Assembly: GCA_964016885.1 (NCBI GenBank)
Contig: OZ024744.1
Span: forward strand, 48,670,001 to 48,734,000
DNA length: 64,000 nucleotides
Source of the DNA: Eledone cirrhosa
Lineage: Eukaryota
Direction: 5' to 3'
A model generated the notes under the pieces. The model was given only the letters and a program-made list of their open reading frames with translations. It had not been told where the DNA came from and ran no database searches. The position numbers were made by a program, and so were the translations under genes. Positions 28,170 to 40,864 of this stretch are shown one piece after another. Position 1 is the first letter of the stretch, and each line of letters begins with the position of its first letter.

Positions 28170-28170
28170 T
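27803..28170. repeat. (TAG)n/(TGG)n compound microsatellite
   Basis: Direct inspection. Confidence 0.95.
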
Positions 28171-28499
28171 CTGTCTCACCTATCTTGCTATGGCTCCAGT
28201 GCACATCATAAATTACAACCCAAAAGTCCTCTATCTATCTATCTGTCTATCTACCTATCTACCTATCTATCTATCTACCTACCTATCTATCTACCTACCT
28301 ATCTATCTATTTATCCATGTATCTATGTATTTAACCACCCATCTATCTATCCATCCATCTAGCTATCCATCACTGTCATGGTATCTTCCATACCATACCA
28401 TCCCTTACCATCTGATTAATAATGCTCACAGCTCTCAGCTTTCTCATAGCTCTTAGCTCTCTCCATACCACATCCAGCATCATAAATCAAGGAGAGAAA

Positions 28500-28646
<147 letters not shown>

Positions 28647-28870
28647 GCACAATACATTTTCCAGGCTGCATCTCAAATCATGCATCTTGCAAAATGCACC
28701 ACAACGATCACCACCACCACCACCAACATGACCACCTCCGCCGTCGCCACCACCACCATGTGTGTGCACACGATATCTGCATTTGACACAAGTTCACCAA
28801 ACAACTCGTCAATCATGCCTGGTGCAATACAGACTAAAATGTTAGGGAGTTTGACCAGAAATATAATCCC

Positions 28871-30260
28871 TTAAACCCATTTTTTCTTTCTTTCCTTCCT
28901 GACCATATTTCTAATGAAAGACAACTGACTATAGGTTTTTCAAATCATTTTGAAAATAACCAAGAATTTGGAGGTGATTTAATATTCTTAGTAATATAAC
29001 TAACTTTCCCATTGTAAGTTGGTGTTTGGAACATAACTTAACAGAGGTTCTTGCATAAAAATATGATGATCTTTTTTTAGATAAAAATAAATACTTTAAC
29101 CCTTTTGTTACCATATTTCTCACAAAAGGCACTGTCTGCTATGTTCAAATAATTCTTTAAATAACCAAGAATTTGGTAGGATTTAGTGATATATCTTTCT
29201 CATTGGTGTCTGGAACATTACACAGCAACGGTTCTTACATATAATTATAATGGTTTCTGATTTAGGCACAAAACCAGCAATTTTGGGGAGGGGAAAGTCG
29301 ATTAAATCGACCCCAGTGTGTGACTGGTGTTTTATTTTATCGACCTCATAAGAATGAAAGGGAAAACCTAACCTCAGCAGGATTTAAACTCAGAAAATAA
29401 AGAACCATAACTCTATGCCATAAAGCATATTGTCCGACGCTCTACCAATACAGCCAATCTGGGTTTTTAGATAAATATAAATATTTTAATTACCATATTT
29501 CCAATGAAAGACATTGCCAATAATTTTCAAATCATTTTGAAAATAATCAGGAATATTAAGGGATTTAATAATATAACAAACTTTCATACCATTTGGCTGG
29601 TGTTTAAAAAATAACAATGGATGCACATGGTTTAGTGGTTAGAGCATTGGCCTTGCAATCGAAAGGTTGTGAGTTCAATTCTCAGACCGGGTGATGTGTT
29701 GTTTCCTTGATCACGACACTTTATTTCACATTGCTCCAGTTTACTCAGCTGTAGAAATGAGATGATAGGGACTGGGGTCCCTATCATTCCACTGTAAAGT
29801 GGACGTGTAGGTGCCGCAGAAAATAAAGCACCCAGCCCACACTGTAAAGTGGACATGTAGGTGCCACGGAAAAAAAATCCCCCACCACTCACTGTATATG
29901 AAGTTGATGTTAGGAAGGGCATCCAGCTGTAGAAATCAAGCCAGAATCAGTTCCCGTCCCACCCTTTCAAGCAGGGAAAAGCGGACATAAAATGATGATG
30001 ACGATGATGTTCTAACATAAAATTTATAATGGGAGAGTTTCAGATAAATATATACACTTTAAACCCTTTGTTACCATATTTCTAATGAAAGACACTGCCT
30101 ATGGTTTTCAAATAATTCTGAAAATAATCAAGATTTTGGAGGATTTTAGTAACATGACTGTCACATTATTAAGCTGGTGTTTGGAACATAACTTAACAAA
30201 GATTCTTACATGAAATTATAAGGGAAAGTTTTCAGATAAATTTATAGTTTCCTTACCATA
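28871..30260. repeat. Diverged tandem array (~190-bp unit x4) interrupted by SINE A (29248-29460) and SINE B (29617-30010)
   Basis: ACCATATTTC..TTCAAAT.ATT..AAATAA.CA.GA..GGTGT.TGGAACAT recurs near 28900, 29110, 29490 and 30070. Confidence 0.75.
29617..30010 (+). mobile_element. SINE family B, full length
   Basis: Matches family B. Confidence 0.85.
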
Positions 30261-30307
30261 TTTCAAATATATATATATATGTGTGTGTGTGTTTATATAT
30301 ATATGTT

Positions 30308-30339
<32 letters not shown>

Positions 30340-30393
30340 TATAGGAAGATAGACATTAAACGATGATGATGATGATGATATATGTATATATGA

Positions 30394-30427
<34 letters not shown>

Positions 30428-30766
30428 CTGTATATATATATGTATATACAAAATACACATATATACATGTACACATCTATCCAATTCTTTGGCATCAAAT
30501 TCTTTCTTGTTTCCAAGAATGTTCTGGAAAGAATCTTAAAGGCTTTTTGTTCTGTCTGTCAATCATATCTTGGGCTGGCTATGTCTGTATTTATCTGTGT
30601 GTGTGTATGTGTGTATGTGTGTATGTGTGTATGTGTGTATGTATGTGTGTGTGGTTGTGTGTGTTCTGGTTGTCAATCATGGCTTTGGCTAGCTATTTCT
30701 TTATCTGCTTGTATATATATATAAATATATGTGTGTGTGCGTGTGTGTGGGTGTATATATATATTA

Positions 30767-30807
<41 letters not shown>

Positions 30808-30833
30808 ATATATATATATATGTGTATGTATAT

Positions 30834-30915
<82 letters not shown>

Positions 30916-31139
30916 ATATATACATATACATATGTGTACATATATATATATGTATGCATGTATCTATCTATATATATATATGCATATATAATGTATTTAT
31001 AGTTTTATATATAAATATATATATATATAATATATATATATATAATATATATATATAGTATTATATATATATATATATATAGTTTTATATATGATACATA
31101 TATAGTTTTATACATATATATGATATATATATGATATAT

Positions 31140-31226
<87 letters not shown>

Positions 31227-31596
31227 TCATATATATATATATATAAGTAAAGCTTTTTGTTCTGACTGTCAATTATGGCTCTGGCTAGCTATTGCTTTAT
31301 CTGTGTGCTTATGTGTGTGTATGTGTGTGTGTATGTGTGTGTGCTTATGTGTGTGTATGTGTGTGTGTATGTGTGTGTGTATGTGTGTGTGCGTGTGTCA
31401 ATCAAAGGCTAGGCTAAGCTAAGCCTTTATCTATTTTGTTCTCTTATCAGGTACATATATAAATACATACATATATCCATATATGTATGTGTAAGTACAT
31501 ATATATAAATATATATAAATATATATATGTATATATATGTATATATGTATATATGTATATATAATATATAGTATATTATAAATGTATGTACATATA

Positions 31597-31632
<36 letters not shown>

Positions 31633-32059
31633 CACTGTATGAATAGCTGAGAAACCCTACAAGTCCCCATATATATGCATAGATATATATATATATAGAT
31701 AGATATATATACGTGTGTGTGCATGTATGTATGTATATATTTGTGTGTGTGTGTGTATACATATATATATATATGTGTATATGTGTGTGCGTGTGTGTGT
31801 ATGTGTGTGTGTATGTGTGTACAGATACATACATTGAATCATACAAACGTCCATCTGTTTTCACTCATTCTCATCACTAGAAAGAATGAAGACATTTTCA
31901 AACTAAATTCTTTACATTTCTTTTCAAATGTTCCTTTGTGAAGGCTCTATAGTCCGCAGCTAATAGATAAGAAAAATTTACTGGCAGAAAATATTACATC
32001 TCTATTTCTCTCTGTATACACACACACACGTATATATATTTATATATAATCTTTATTAT

Positions 32060-32875
32060 CATCATTATTTTAAGTCCGATCTTCCATGCTTGCATGGGTT
32101 GGACAGGTCCGTCTCAGTACAACATCTCTCCACTTGCCGCATTCCTTTGTCATCTCCTATGTGAGCCTCAGAGAGTTGAGGTCAGCTCTGACCCCTTTCA
32201 TCCAGGTTTTTCCTTGATCTTCCTCTACTGGGATTTCTTGGCACTTCTTCGCTCAGCTATCCTCATCCATTCACATGCTCTATACTAACACAGTCTCCTC
32301 TCCTGCACATTACTTCTAGTTTCTCCCCCATTTCATCCATACCTTCTCACACATTAACATTTCACATCCATCAAAGTATGTTTGCTTCATTTCTCTCCAA
32401 CTTTTGCATGTCCCCTGCATTCATTGCCCATGTTCTATACAATGCAGCATCGCACTCACACACAGGTTTCATACAGCTGACCATTCGTTTGTAGGGAGTA
32501 ACCTTTTGCTGTTAGCAGGGATAGCAGTTCCCTAAACTTCTTCAATTCAGTCCTTATTCTACCTACTATGTTTTCATGTTAATTTGAACACACTTTTCCC
32601 CAGCAATATCCTGATTTACACTGATACACTGTTGTGCAATGTGGAACACTTCACGCCTCTGGTCCTCACATTGCATAATATTGGCAAACCTCTTTTGTCA
32701 CCTAGCATCTCTCTTTGCTACCTGGTATTGGTTTCTGCTGTTCCCATCTAGCCACACCTGTCTTTTGGCATTAATGGTCTATCCATCACGCTGTTCCACC
32801 ACTTAGTCACCCTCTGTCTGGCTGGTGCTTTTCTCCAGCCACAAATATCTTCAGTGTCCTGTAGTAGGTTATCAT
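32060..32875 (-). mobile_element. Decayed RTE LINE, internally deleted
   Basis: RTE-type tail at 32060-32105; RIRTELKKFRELLSLL-like and EN-RT linker remnants. Confidence 0.65.
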
Positions 32876-33067
32876 TGTAAATATTTCTTTGTTCTTTTAC
32901 TGGTTTCAGCCATCTGATTATTGCCATGCTGGTACACCACTTTGAGTAAATCTATCATAATGACCAGTCGAGATGGACATCTTTGCTCTTTCAGAAACGA
33001 GATTGGCAGATGATGATCAATTTACAGAACAGAAGGGAGGATATACCTTCTATTGGAATGGTGGGGC

Positions 33068-33257
33068 AGGGTGGATTGGCAATATCGGTAGAGGGTCGGA
33101 CGCCATGCTTTGACGCATAGAGTTATGGCCCTTGCCATTCTGAGTTCAAATCCCGCCGAGGTTAACTTTGCCTTTCATCCTTACGGGGTCGATAAAATAA
33201 AGTACCAGTAATGCACTGGGTAATTGCTGGCCTTGTGCCTAAAGTAGAATCAATTAT
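33068..33257 (+). mobile_element. SINE family A, full length
   Basis: Matches family A. Confidence 0.85.
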
Positions 33258-33420
33258 TTTTTCTACCTTTTAATGCCTGGAACTTATTTTATCAATCTTT
33301 TTATTTGTTTTTAATCTGCAAATTCTGGTACTTAAACATAAACATATGACACACAAAGATGCAGACAGACACATATACATACATATACATATACATATAC
33401 ATACATATACATATACATAC

Positions 33421-33480
<60 letters not shown>

Positions 33481-33521
33481 AATGTAAAGTAGTTTCAGAT
33501 GTTAAAGATTTTTATTGATAG

Positions 33522-33596
33522 GCTGTGATTCATATTTCAATGACCACAGTGGCCATGTGATTCTGCCTAACCAGTGCCATGATCTCATCAGACAGC
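33522..33596 (-). ncRNA. Candidate (degenerate) type-I hammerhead ribozyme
   Basis: GCUGU-CUGAUGA-GAUCAUGG..CUGUGGUC-AUU-GAA-AU(AUGA)AU-C-ACAGC. Confidence 0.35.
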
Positions 33597-34299
33597 TTCT
33601 TACATAATGAGGTTACGACAAGGGAACGGACAAAGATGCTCTTGAAGCTTTCACCCATTCCCTTGTGAGCCCTAATTCACATCCACAGCTTTGCGCAGGT
33701 GCAAACATGAAGGAAGTTTACCATCAACCTACTTCCCAAAACACAACGAAAGTAGCCTAAGCAAGCCCCCTCCCCTCCATGGTAATAAGATTGAAAATTA
33801 AAAATTAAAAGTTAAAATCTTGACTAAAGTTAATAAAAAAATAATAAATTATAGTTAGAAATTATGAAAAGGGGATCAATATTGGATATTAGAGATATAT
33901 TATCCATATATTGAACGATAGTACCGTAACGAAGAATGGAAGATAAATTTAAAGTATAGAATGTAATAATTAAACAAACGATTAGTTAATATCTTCGTAG
34001 ATCACATGAATAAAAAAATAAAAAAATACAGAGATACAAAATGAGAGAGAGAAAAGGAAAAACCAATGTATATAAACATACACACATACATATATATATA
34101 TAGTCCACACTGTAAATGTGGTTGATGTTAGGAAGGGCATCCAACCGTAGAAAACCTACCAGATAGTCCTATATGAGCGGGGCACGGTCATCCAACCAAT
34201 CTTACCTCAAAGGGGACAATTCCTGTTTAACCCATGCTAGTGGGGAAGATAGACGTTAAACAATATGATGATGATGATGATGATGATGATATATATATA

Positions 34300-35048
34300 G
34301 GGTAAGAACGGGATGGAAGAAGTTCTGGGAGCTACTACCACTGCTAGCTGCAAAAGACTTTTCCCTCAAAATGAAAGGGACTGTATGATGGTGTATCCGA
34401 ACAGCAATGTTGCATGGTAGTGAGACCTGGGTGCTGAAGGTGGAAGACTTACGTAGATTAGAAAGAAACAAAGCCTGCATGCTCTGATGGATGTAAAATA
34501 GTAATATGCGTTAGTATGGACATGTGATGCATATGAAGGATGACAGCTGCATAAAAAGGTGCAGACACTAGAAGTCGATGGAAACCGCGGAGTGGGGAGA
34601 CCCAAGAAGACCTGGGATGAGGTGATAAAAGCCGACCTTACACAATTACACCTCTCAAGGGCAATGACACATGACCATGACCTCTGGCGTCACTCAGTAA
34701 TACAGAAGACCCGATCCCCCACGGGTACAAGCCGAAGCTGAATCATATAGACAATATGCCGCCCACAACCTCCCACTGCAAAGTGGTCGTGGAGGTGCCA
34801 CGGCAAAAAAATCACCCAGCCCACACTGTAAAGTGGACAGGTAGGTGCCACAGAAAAAAAGCACCCAACACTCACTATAAATGAGGTTGGTGTTAGGAAG
34901 GGCATCCAGCTGTAGAAATCAAGCCAGAATCAGTTCCTGTATGAGCAAGACAAGGTCAGCCGACCGGGCACTGCCCACAACAGGACAACCTGCCTAACCC
35001 ATGCTAGAGTGGAGGAACGGACGTAAAACGGTGATGATGATGATGATA
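34300..35048 (+). mobile_element. RTE LINE 3' end with 3'UTR shared with SINE B
   Basis: VRTGWKKFWELLPLL..AMLHGSETW..GRPKKTWDEVIKADL..WRHSVIQKTR; 3'UTR and (TGA)n tail. Confidence 0.85.
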
Positions 35049-35392
35049 TGTATACGTATATATCCCAGGTGGTGCCAGGTGGTGCCGGGCCAATACTGGC
35101 CAAAACCTATTAAAGTTAAAGTTATAATACAGTGAAGAGAAACAAACACAAATATATAAATATGGGCATTGTGATTTGAATGCATATATTTATATATCTG
35201 TGTTCATCTCTCTTCACTGTATTATAAGGCTCAGGAAAATATTTTTCTTTGATTATAAGGGATTGTGTGTTTTTACTCAATATATATATATGTGTAAATG
35301 AAGTAATTCCGTCAGAAAGGTCCAGGAAAAAAGAGTGCTCTATGTAAGTTACAGAGCTTATTAGTTATGTAATAAACAACATAAGATAATTA

Positions 35393-35452
35393 TTTCATTT
35401 ACCAGTGGTTTCTTGAAAGCAACCAAAATTGCTTTCATTCATCAGAATGAAA
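35393..35452 (-). ncRNA. Candidate type-I hammerhead ribozyme (GUA site)
   Basis: UUUCAUU-CUGAUGA-A-UGAAAGCAA(UUUUGG)UUGCUUUCA-A-GAA-ACC(ACU)GGU-A-AAUGAAA. Confidence 0.65.
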
Positions 35453-36166
35453 AAATCCTGGTGTCTTTATTGACAGTGGATTTGAAAAACAAAAATATAA
35501 CATATGAAAGTGAGGCTGGAGGGAAAAAAAAAAGGGGGGGGGGGGGATAATAAATAAGAATATATAACAAAACACACGTACACACACGCACACACGCACA
35601 CACAGTCACATATACACACATATATACATATATATATACACATATACACGCATATCTACACATATATATACACAGAGACACATATACACACACATATACA
35701 TATATATATACATATATATATGTCCTTACATAAACACACCAACACATATATATATTTATATATATACATATACATATATACATATACACATATATATATA
35801 TACATGCACACACATACATATATATACATATATATACATATATATATATACATATATATACACATACACATACATACATACACACATAGATACACACATA
35901 TATACACACATGCATACGTACTCACATATAAAAGGATACATATGCACACACACAAATAAGGATAAATAATCATAGTAGGCCGTCACATACAAATAAGCGA
36001 ATAAAAAATAAGGATTAAGAAAATAAAAAAATAAAAAATATTATTAAGTTGACAGCGACAAAATTTAAAATAAAAATTTAAAATAAAAATTAAAAATAAT
36101 AAAAATAATAATAATAATAATAATAAATGACCAAACGCACGTGGTAAGCAAAAAATAACTAAATAT

Positions 36167-36197
<31 letters not shown>

Positions 36198-36222
36198 CAC
36201 ACACACACATATATATATATAT

Positions 36223-36442
36223 ACAATATATTAATAAATGGAAACTATATTTATAAAACCATATTTATTTTATTATACATATTTCAAGGGCAACCAAGGC
36301 AAATTAATGTGCACTTTCATCAGATAAAATACAGATTTGTTTTATAAATAAATATTGACATACTCGGTTGGTTGCCCTTGAAATATGTATAATAAAATAA
36401 ATATGGTTTTATAAATATAGTTTCCATTTATTAATATATTGT
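36223..36442. repeat. Perfect inverted repeat, 75-bp arms with 70-bp spacer
   Basis: 36223-36297 is the reverse complement of 36368-36442. Confidence 0.92.
36266..36331 (-). ncRNA. Candidate type-I hammerhead ribozyme spanning the spacer and left arm of the inverted repeat
   Basis: UAUUUUAU-CUGAUGA-AAG..CUU-GAA-AU(AUGU)AU-A-AUAAAAUA. Confidence 0.45.
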
Positions 36443-36824
36443 GTATTTACTCCACTAGCTTGTTGAGTGCTTTATATCAGTTATAAAAATGTTTAAGCTT
36501 GTTGTATCCCAACAAATTAAATATAACCTCTGCATATATATATATATACGCATACACACATATATACACACATATATATATATTGAGATGGAAATGATGG
36601 TAGAGGTGACGAAAATAGTGAGTTCAATTAAATTCACAAGGCTGTGGGAATATTGGTCAATTTTGTCCATGTAAAAGTGCACATATATATATGTGTGTGT
36701 GTGTGTGTGTAGCAATATCCATAGGTGTGATAAAGATAAAAGGAAAACAAAGCTCAATCGTGAAGAGAGCTGATATATTATATAATTTATGTATGTTCAT
36801 ACATGGAACAAAAGCACTATGAGA

Positions 36825-37110
36825 TCAAAGATTACTGCAAAAGCTCTCATAGGATTAAAGTGAACTGCCCTCTCCAACAGAAATGTAATATCGAATCTAT
36901 TGAGTATTAGGCAGATATTACACACAACAACACAGAAGATTCTGGAGTTAGTGGCATGATGCAAGATCATATTAAACAACGTTTTTACTCTACTCACATC
37001 CCCACTCCTTGAGAACCAGTACAGCCTTGACATAAAAAAAATCCGAGAAAGTAGTCCCACATAAGATTACTTGGAAGATATTTGAAAGATCCAGTCCTTA
37101 CACCAATGGA
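36825..37110 (+). mobile_element. Penelope-like GIY-YIG endonuclease remnant
   Basis: NCPLQQKCNIESIEY*ADIT..GMMQDHIKQRFY..ITWKIFERSSPYTNG. Confidence 0.65.
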
Positions 37111-37234
37111 GTACTACAAAAGGCACACACTACAAAAAATCCTAAAAAACTATACAGCCCACTATACATACAAATACATTACTTGAGATACACCAACGCA
37201 TTGTGTGTGTGAAGGTAGATAAGGTTTTGTTTAT

Positions 37235-38240
37235 GTATTTCAGGAATGAATGTTTAAACAAGAAAACTGCTTACTAGAGAGTTTGACTTGACGGTATCCT
37301 TTGAATCATATGATTGAAGAATGGCTTAAAACAAGTTGCCCATAGAAACTCCTATATGTTGATGATCTAACCCTCATAGTTGAATCTATAGTAAAAATAG
37401 GGAAGTTCCAAACTTGAAATCATAACCCACAGTCAAAAGAACGAAATTCTGAGTAAGTTGAATAGAAAACAGAGCCCAGTTGCCTTCAAGGAAATAGACT
37501 TGCTCAGTGTGCTGGAAAGGAGTGGATAGAAATTTCATTCTATGTCCCAAATGCAAACTGTAGGTACAAAAGAGATTTAGTGGGACTTTAAGCATGCTAG
37601 CAAAAACCATAGGTTTTATATGTGGTTGATGCACAGGAACAGAAAATAGCAATTAAATACTGAGAGCGGGTTCTGTAGAAGTAGTTGATAGCTTCTGTTA
37701 CCTGGGTGACAAATTAGCAGTGAAGGTGGATGTTCTGAAAGAATAGTAGCCACAATGAGAACGGGATGGAAAAAGTTCAGGGAGTTACTATGACTGCTAG
37801 CTACAAAAGGTTTCTTCCTCAAAATGAAGCTTGTGTATTAATAGCAATGCTGCATGGAAGCGAGACCTGGGCACTTTGTGCAGAAGACGTATGAAGATTT
37901 GAAAGAAATGAAACTTACATGCTCCAATGAATCTGTAACAGTAGTGTGCATGAATGGGGAAGTGTCAATGAACTGAGATGGAAACTGGTCATAAGAGGGA
38001 TTAGATGCAGTGTACAGGAGAGGAGATTACAGTGGATTGAACATGTGATGTGTATGGAGGATGACAGCTGTATAAAAAAGACACAGTACATTCATATTCG
38101 ATGGTAGCTGCGGAAGAGGAAAACGTAGGAAATCTTGGGTGAAGTCATAAAAGCTGACTTCACACAATTAAACCTCTGGTGTTATGCTGTGCTGCAGAAG
38201 ACCCACCTTCCCATGTGCACAGGAAACAAACATGTAGAAA
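37235..38240 (+). mobile_element. Decayed RTE LINE RT/3' region
   Basis: KTSCP*KLLYVDDLTLI; VVDSFCYLGD; MRTGWKKFRELL; AMLHGSETW. Confidence 0.8.
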
Positions 38241-38629
38241 CAGTAGTCTGCAACAATCTTCTGCTCTTTCCCTTCTCCAGTCTTAATAATCCCCATCCCC
38301 CATCCTGCCTTCAGCAGTAAAATAAATAACACATGCCCCTCACCCATGTCAACTTGTTCCTCACCACCAACCCTCAGTACTACTCACTCTTGATACACCT
38401 CTCTTGCCAAAAAATGCAAAAAATACCCAAAAAATATCAAGTCCACCCCATATGGTAATACAGCAACAAAGTACCCAGTCATAATGCCTGTAACATGCTG
38501 GTCATATGCCGTACTACAAAAACACACCTTCCCATGCAAGTGTGAGCAGGATGAAATGAGCTGAAGTAGAACATTTATGATCCTGCTTGACGGTGATAAT
38601 ATTGATGATATTGGCGATATCATCATCAT

Positions 38630-39245
38630 GATCATCAGCATCACTTTTATGCCTGCTTCGCTATGCTTGCATGAGTTGGATGGGTCTTTCTCAGTACAGC
38701 AGTTCTCCTTTTTTGTGCTCCTTCCCTCCATCATCTCCTCAGCCAGTCTTAGCAATTTGAGGTCCTCTCTCACAACCTCTACTCAAGTCTTTCTCTACTG
38801 CGGCTTCCTTCCACTGGGTTTTCCTAGCATTTCTTCACCCATCAGTCATTGTCCATGCACATCACCAATGCAGTCTTCTCTCCTGCATACCATCTTGGAT
38901 TCCTCGTAAGCCCAGCTTCTCTCTCAGCTCATCCAAGCTCTGCCTTTCTCTCACATTGCACATCCAGCGAAACATGGTTGCTTCATTTCTCTCCTGTCTA
39001 CACATGTCCTCTGTGGTCACAGCCCATGTTTCACTACCATGTATCATCACCACGCACCACACACAGACATCATACAGCTTTCTTTGTATATAGGAAGAAA
39101 CATTTTGTTGTCAGCAGTGGGAGCAGTTCTCTAAACTTCTATCCTATCCTTATTCTAGCCATCATGCTCTCAGAGCACCATCCTCTGCTGTTAATTAGTT
39201 CACCTAGATAGCAGAATCTATCAACCACATCCATAGATCCTTCCT
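38630..39245 (-). mobile_element. Decayed RTE LINE 3' region
   Basis: MIHGSETWAVTTEDM..ERNEATMFRWMCNV..LREKLGLRGI..ERRLHW. Confidence 0.8.
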
Positions 39246-40458
39246 GTGACTGGAAAAGATATATATATATATATATATCATCCACCATCTCTGTTTAACA
39301 TCTATTTTCCATGCTTGCATGGATTAGAAGAGTTCCATGTTATGAGACAAGCCCTGTCAGGTTACCATGCCTTACTCATACAGATCTGTATTTTAGCATG
39401 GTTTCTACAGCTGGATGCCTTTCCTGATGTCAACTATGTTACAGTGTAAACTGGGTACTTTTTATCATGGCACTTAATGGCCATCTAACAGGGTGGACTG
39501 GGTGCTTTTTTGTTGTGTCTGCTTAGTAAAAGGAAGGGATCTTGCTTTAGAAAACCTGAGAAAGAAAAGGTTGAGATGACTTTTCAGTTTTGTCAAAGAC
39601 ATGACAATATCCATAGTGTTGGTGTCATAATAAAATCCACTCAGTAGAGTGCAAGAATCTATATAAGCATCTGACTCATCCCCTTTCCCCCTCCCAACTC
39701 TGTGTATTGAAGAGGTCAGTAGCTCCGCTTGAATACTGACATGGTCTGTGATAAACCATCCAATTCTTGCTAGCAGGGAAATGATGATGGTAATATATAT
39801 ATATATATTTATATATCATTCATCATTATCATTTTAACTTGGGCTTTCTCTGCTATCAAATACATTCAATATACACATACACACACATATGCATATATCA
39901 TACATATATATGCATACACACACATATAGATGTGTGTGTGTGTATATATGTATATGTATATATATATATATACTCAGAGAGTGAGAGAGAGAGAAAGAGA
40001 CACACATACACCATACATGTATTTACATAATTATACTGATTTATGTGACACACACACACACACACATATATATATGTATATATGTATATGTATATATAAA
40101 CACTAATCCGTGAATGCGTGTGTGTGTGTATCTGTGTGTGTATACACAAAATAAACACCCAAACAGCCATAAAACATTTAGCTATACACACATTGTAGAT
40201 ATTTAATAACTAATTAACCCTTTAAGTACCACCATTTACAGTGCAAAGTCATTCACCCTGTTCACCAAAAATGAAACCCACCCATATGGCTATACCATTT
40301 TTTTTTTATCATTATTTCTAGTTTTCCCAGGTGTATCACATCTCTTATACAACAAAAATATGAGAAAGAATACTCAAACATTGCTACCCTAATAATATAA
40401 TGCCCATATGGTTTGTGCGAGAATGGTCTCTCTGGCTAGCAGAAGACCAGGCACAAGA

Positions 40459-40790
40459 CAAGCTGCCCCATGGTCCCAAAGGGAAGAATTGAGTATGTGT
40501 TACTCTGAAGGATGGCAAGGGAGAAGAGAGAGCCGGAAAGAATACTCAATCATTGCAAGCTGCCTCATGGTCCCAGTGGACAGAATTAAGAAAATGTTAC
40601 TCCAAAAGATGGCAAGGGAAATGTTTTGACATAGACATTCCAACTTGCGGGTGGCAAACTCTGTCTCATTAGCAGTTAATAGTTGATGTGGTTCAAGGAC
40701 CCAGGATTCCAGAAGTCTCCACAGCTGCAGATTCAATGACAAACCTATCAGAAAGTGGCTAATACCTCAACAGCTTGAGATCGTCAGCTT
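40459..40790 (-). mobile_element. CRE-like REL-endonuclease remnant with duplicated 3' segment
   Basis: AVETSGILGP..LLTA.ETEFATRK..LCQNISLAIFWSN; homologous to 23640-23830. Confidence 0.55.
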
Positions 40791-40864
40791 GTCAAACAAA
40801 GATGTCTAGGTCTATTGCCAGATTCACCATATTGCTAATGGAGAGAGTGTTGCTACATGTTGCA

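Noticed and set aside
27709-28362. Poly-Y/V/L/P ORFs (also 47743-48465 and the many YIYI/HTHT ORFs)
   Set aside because: Di- and trinucleotide microsatellite translations
29617-29690. tRNA gene
   Set aside because: Only A/B-box-like SINE heads; no complete cloverleaf, and the sequence continues into the SINE body
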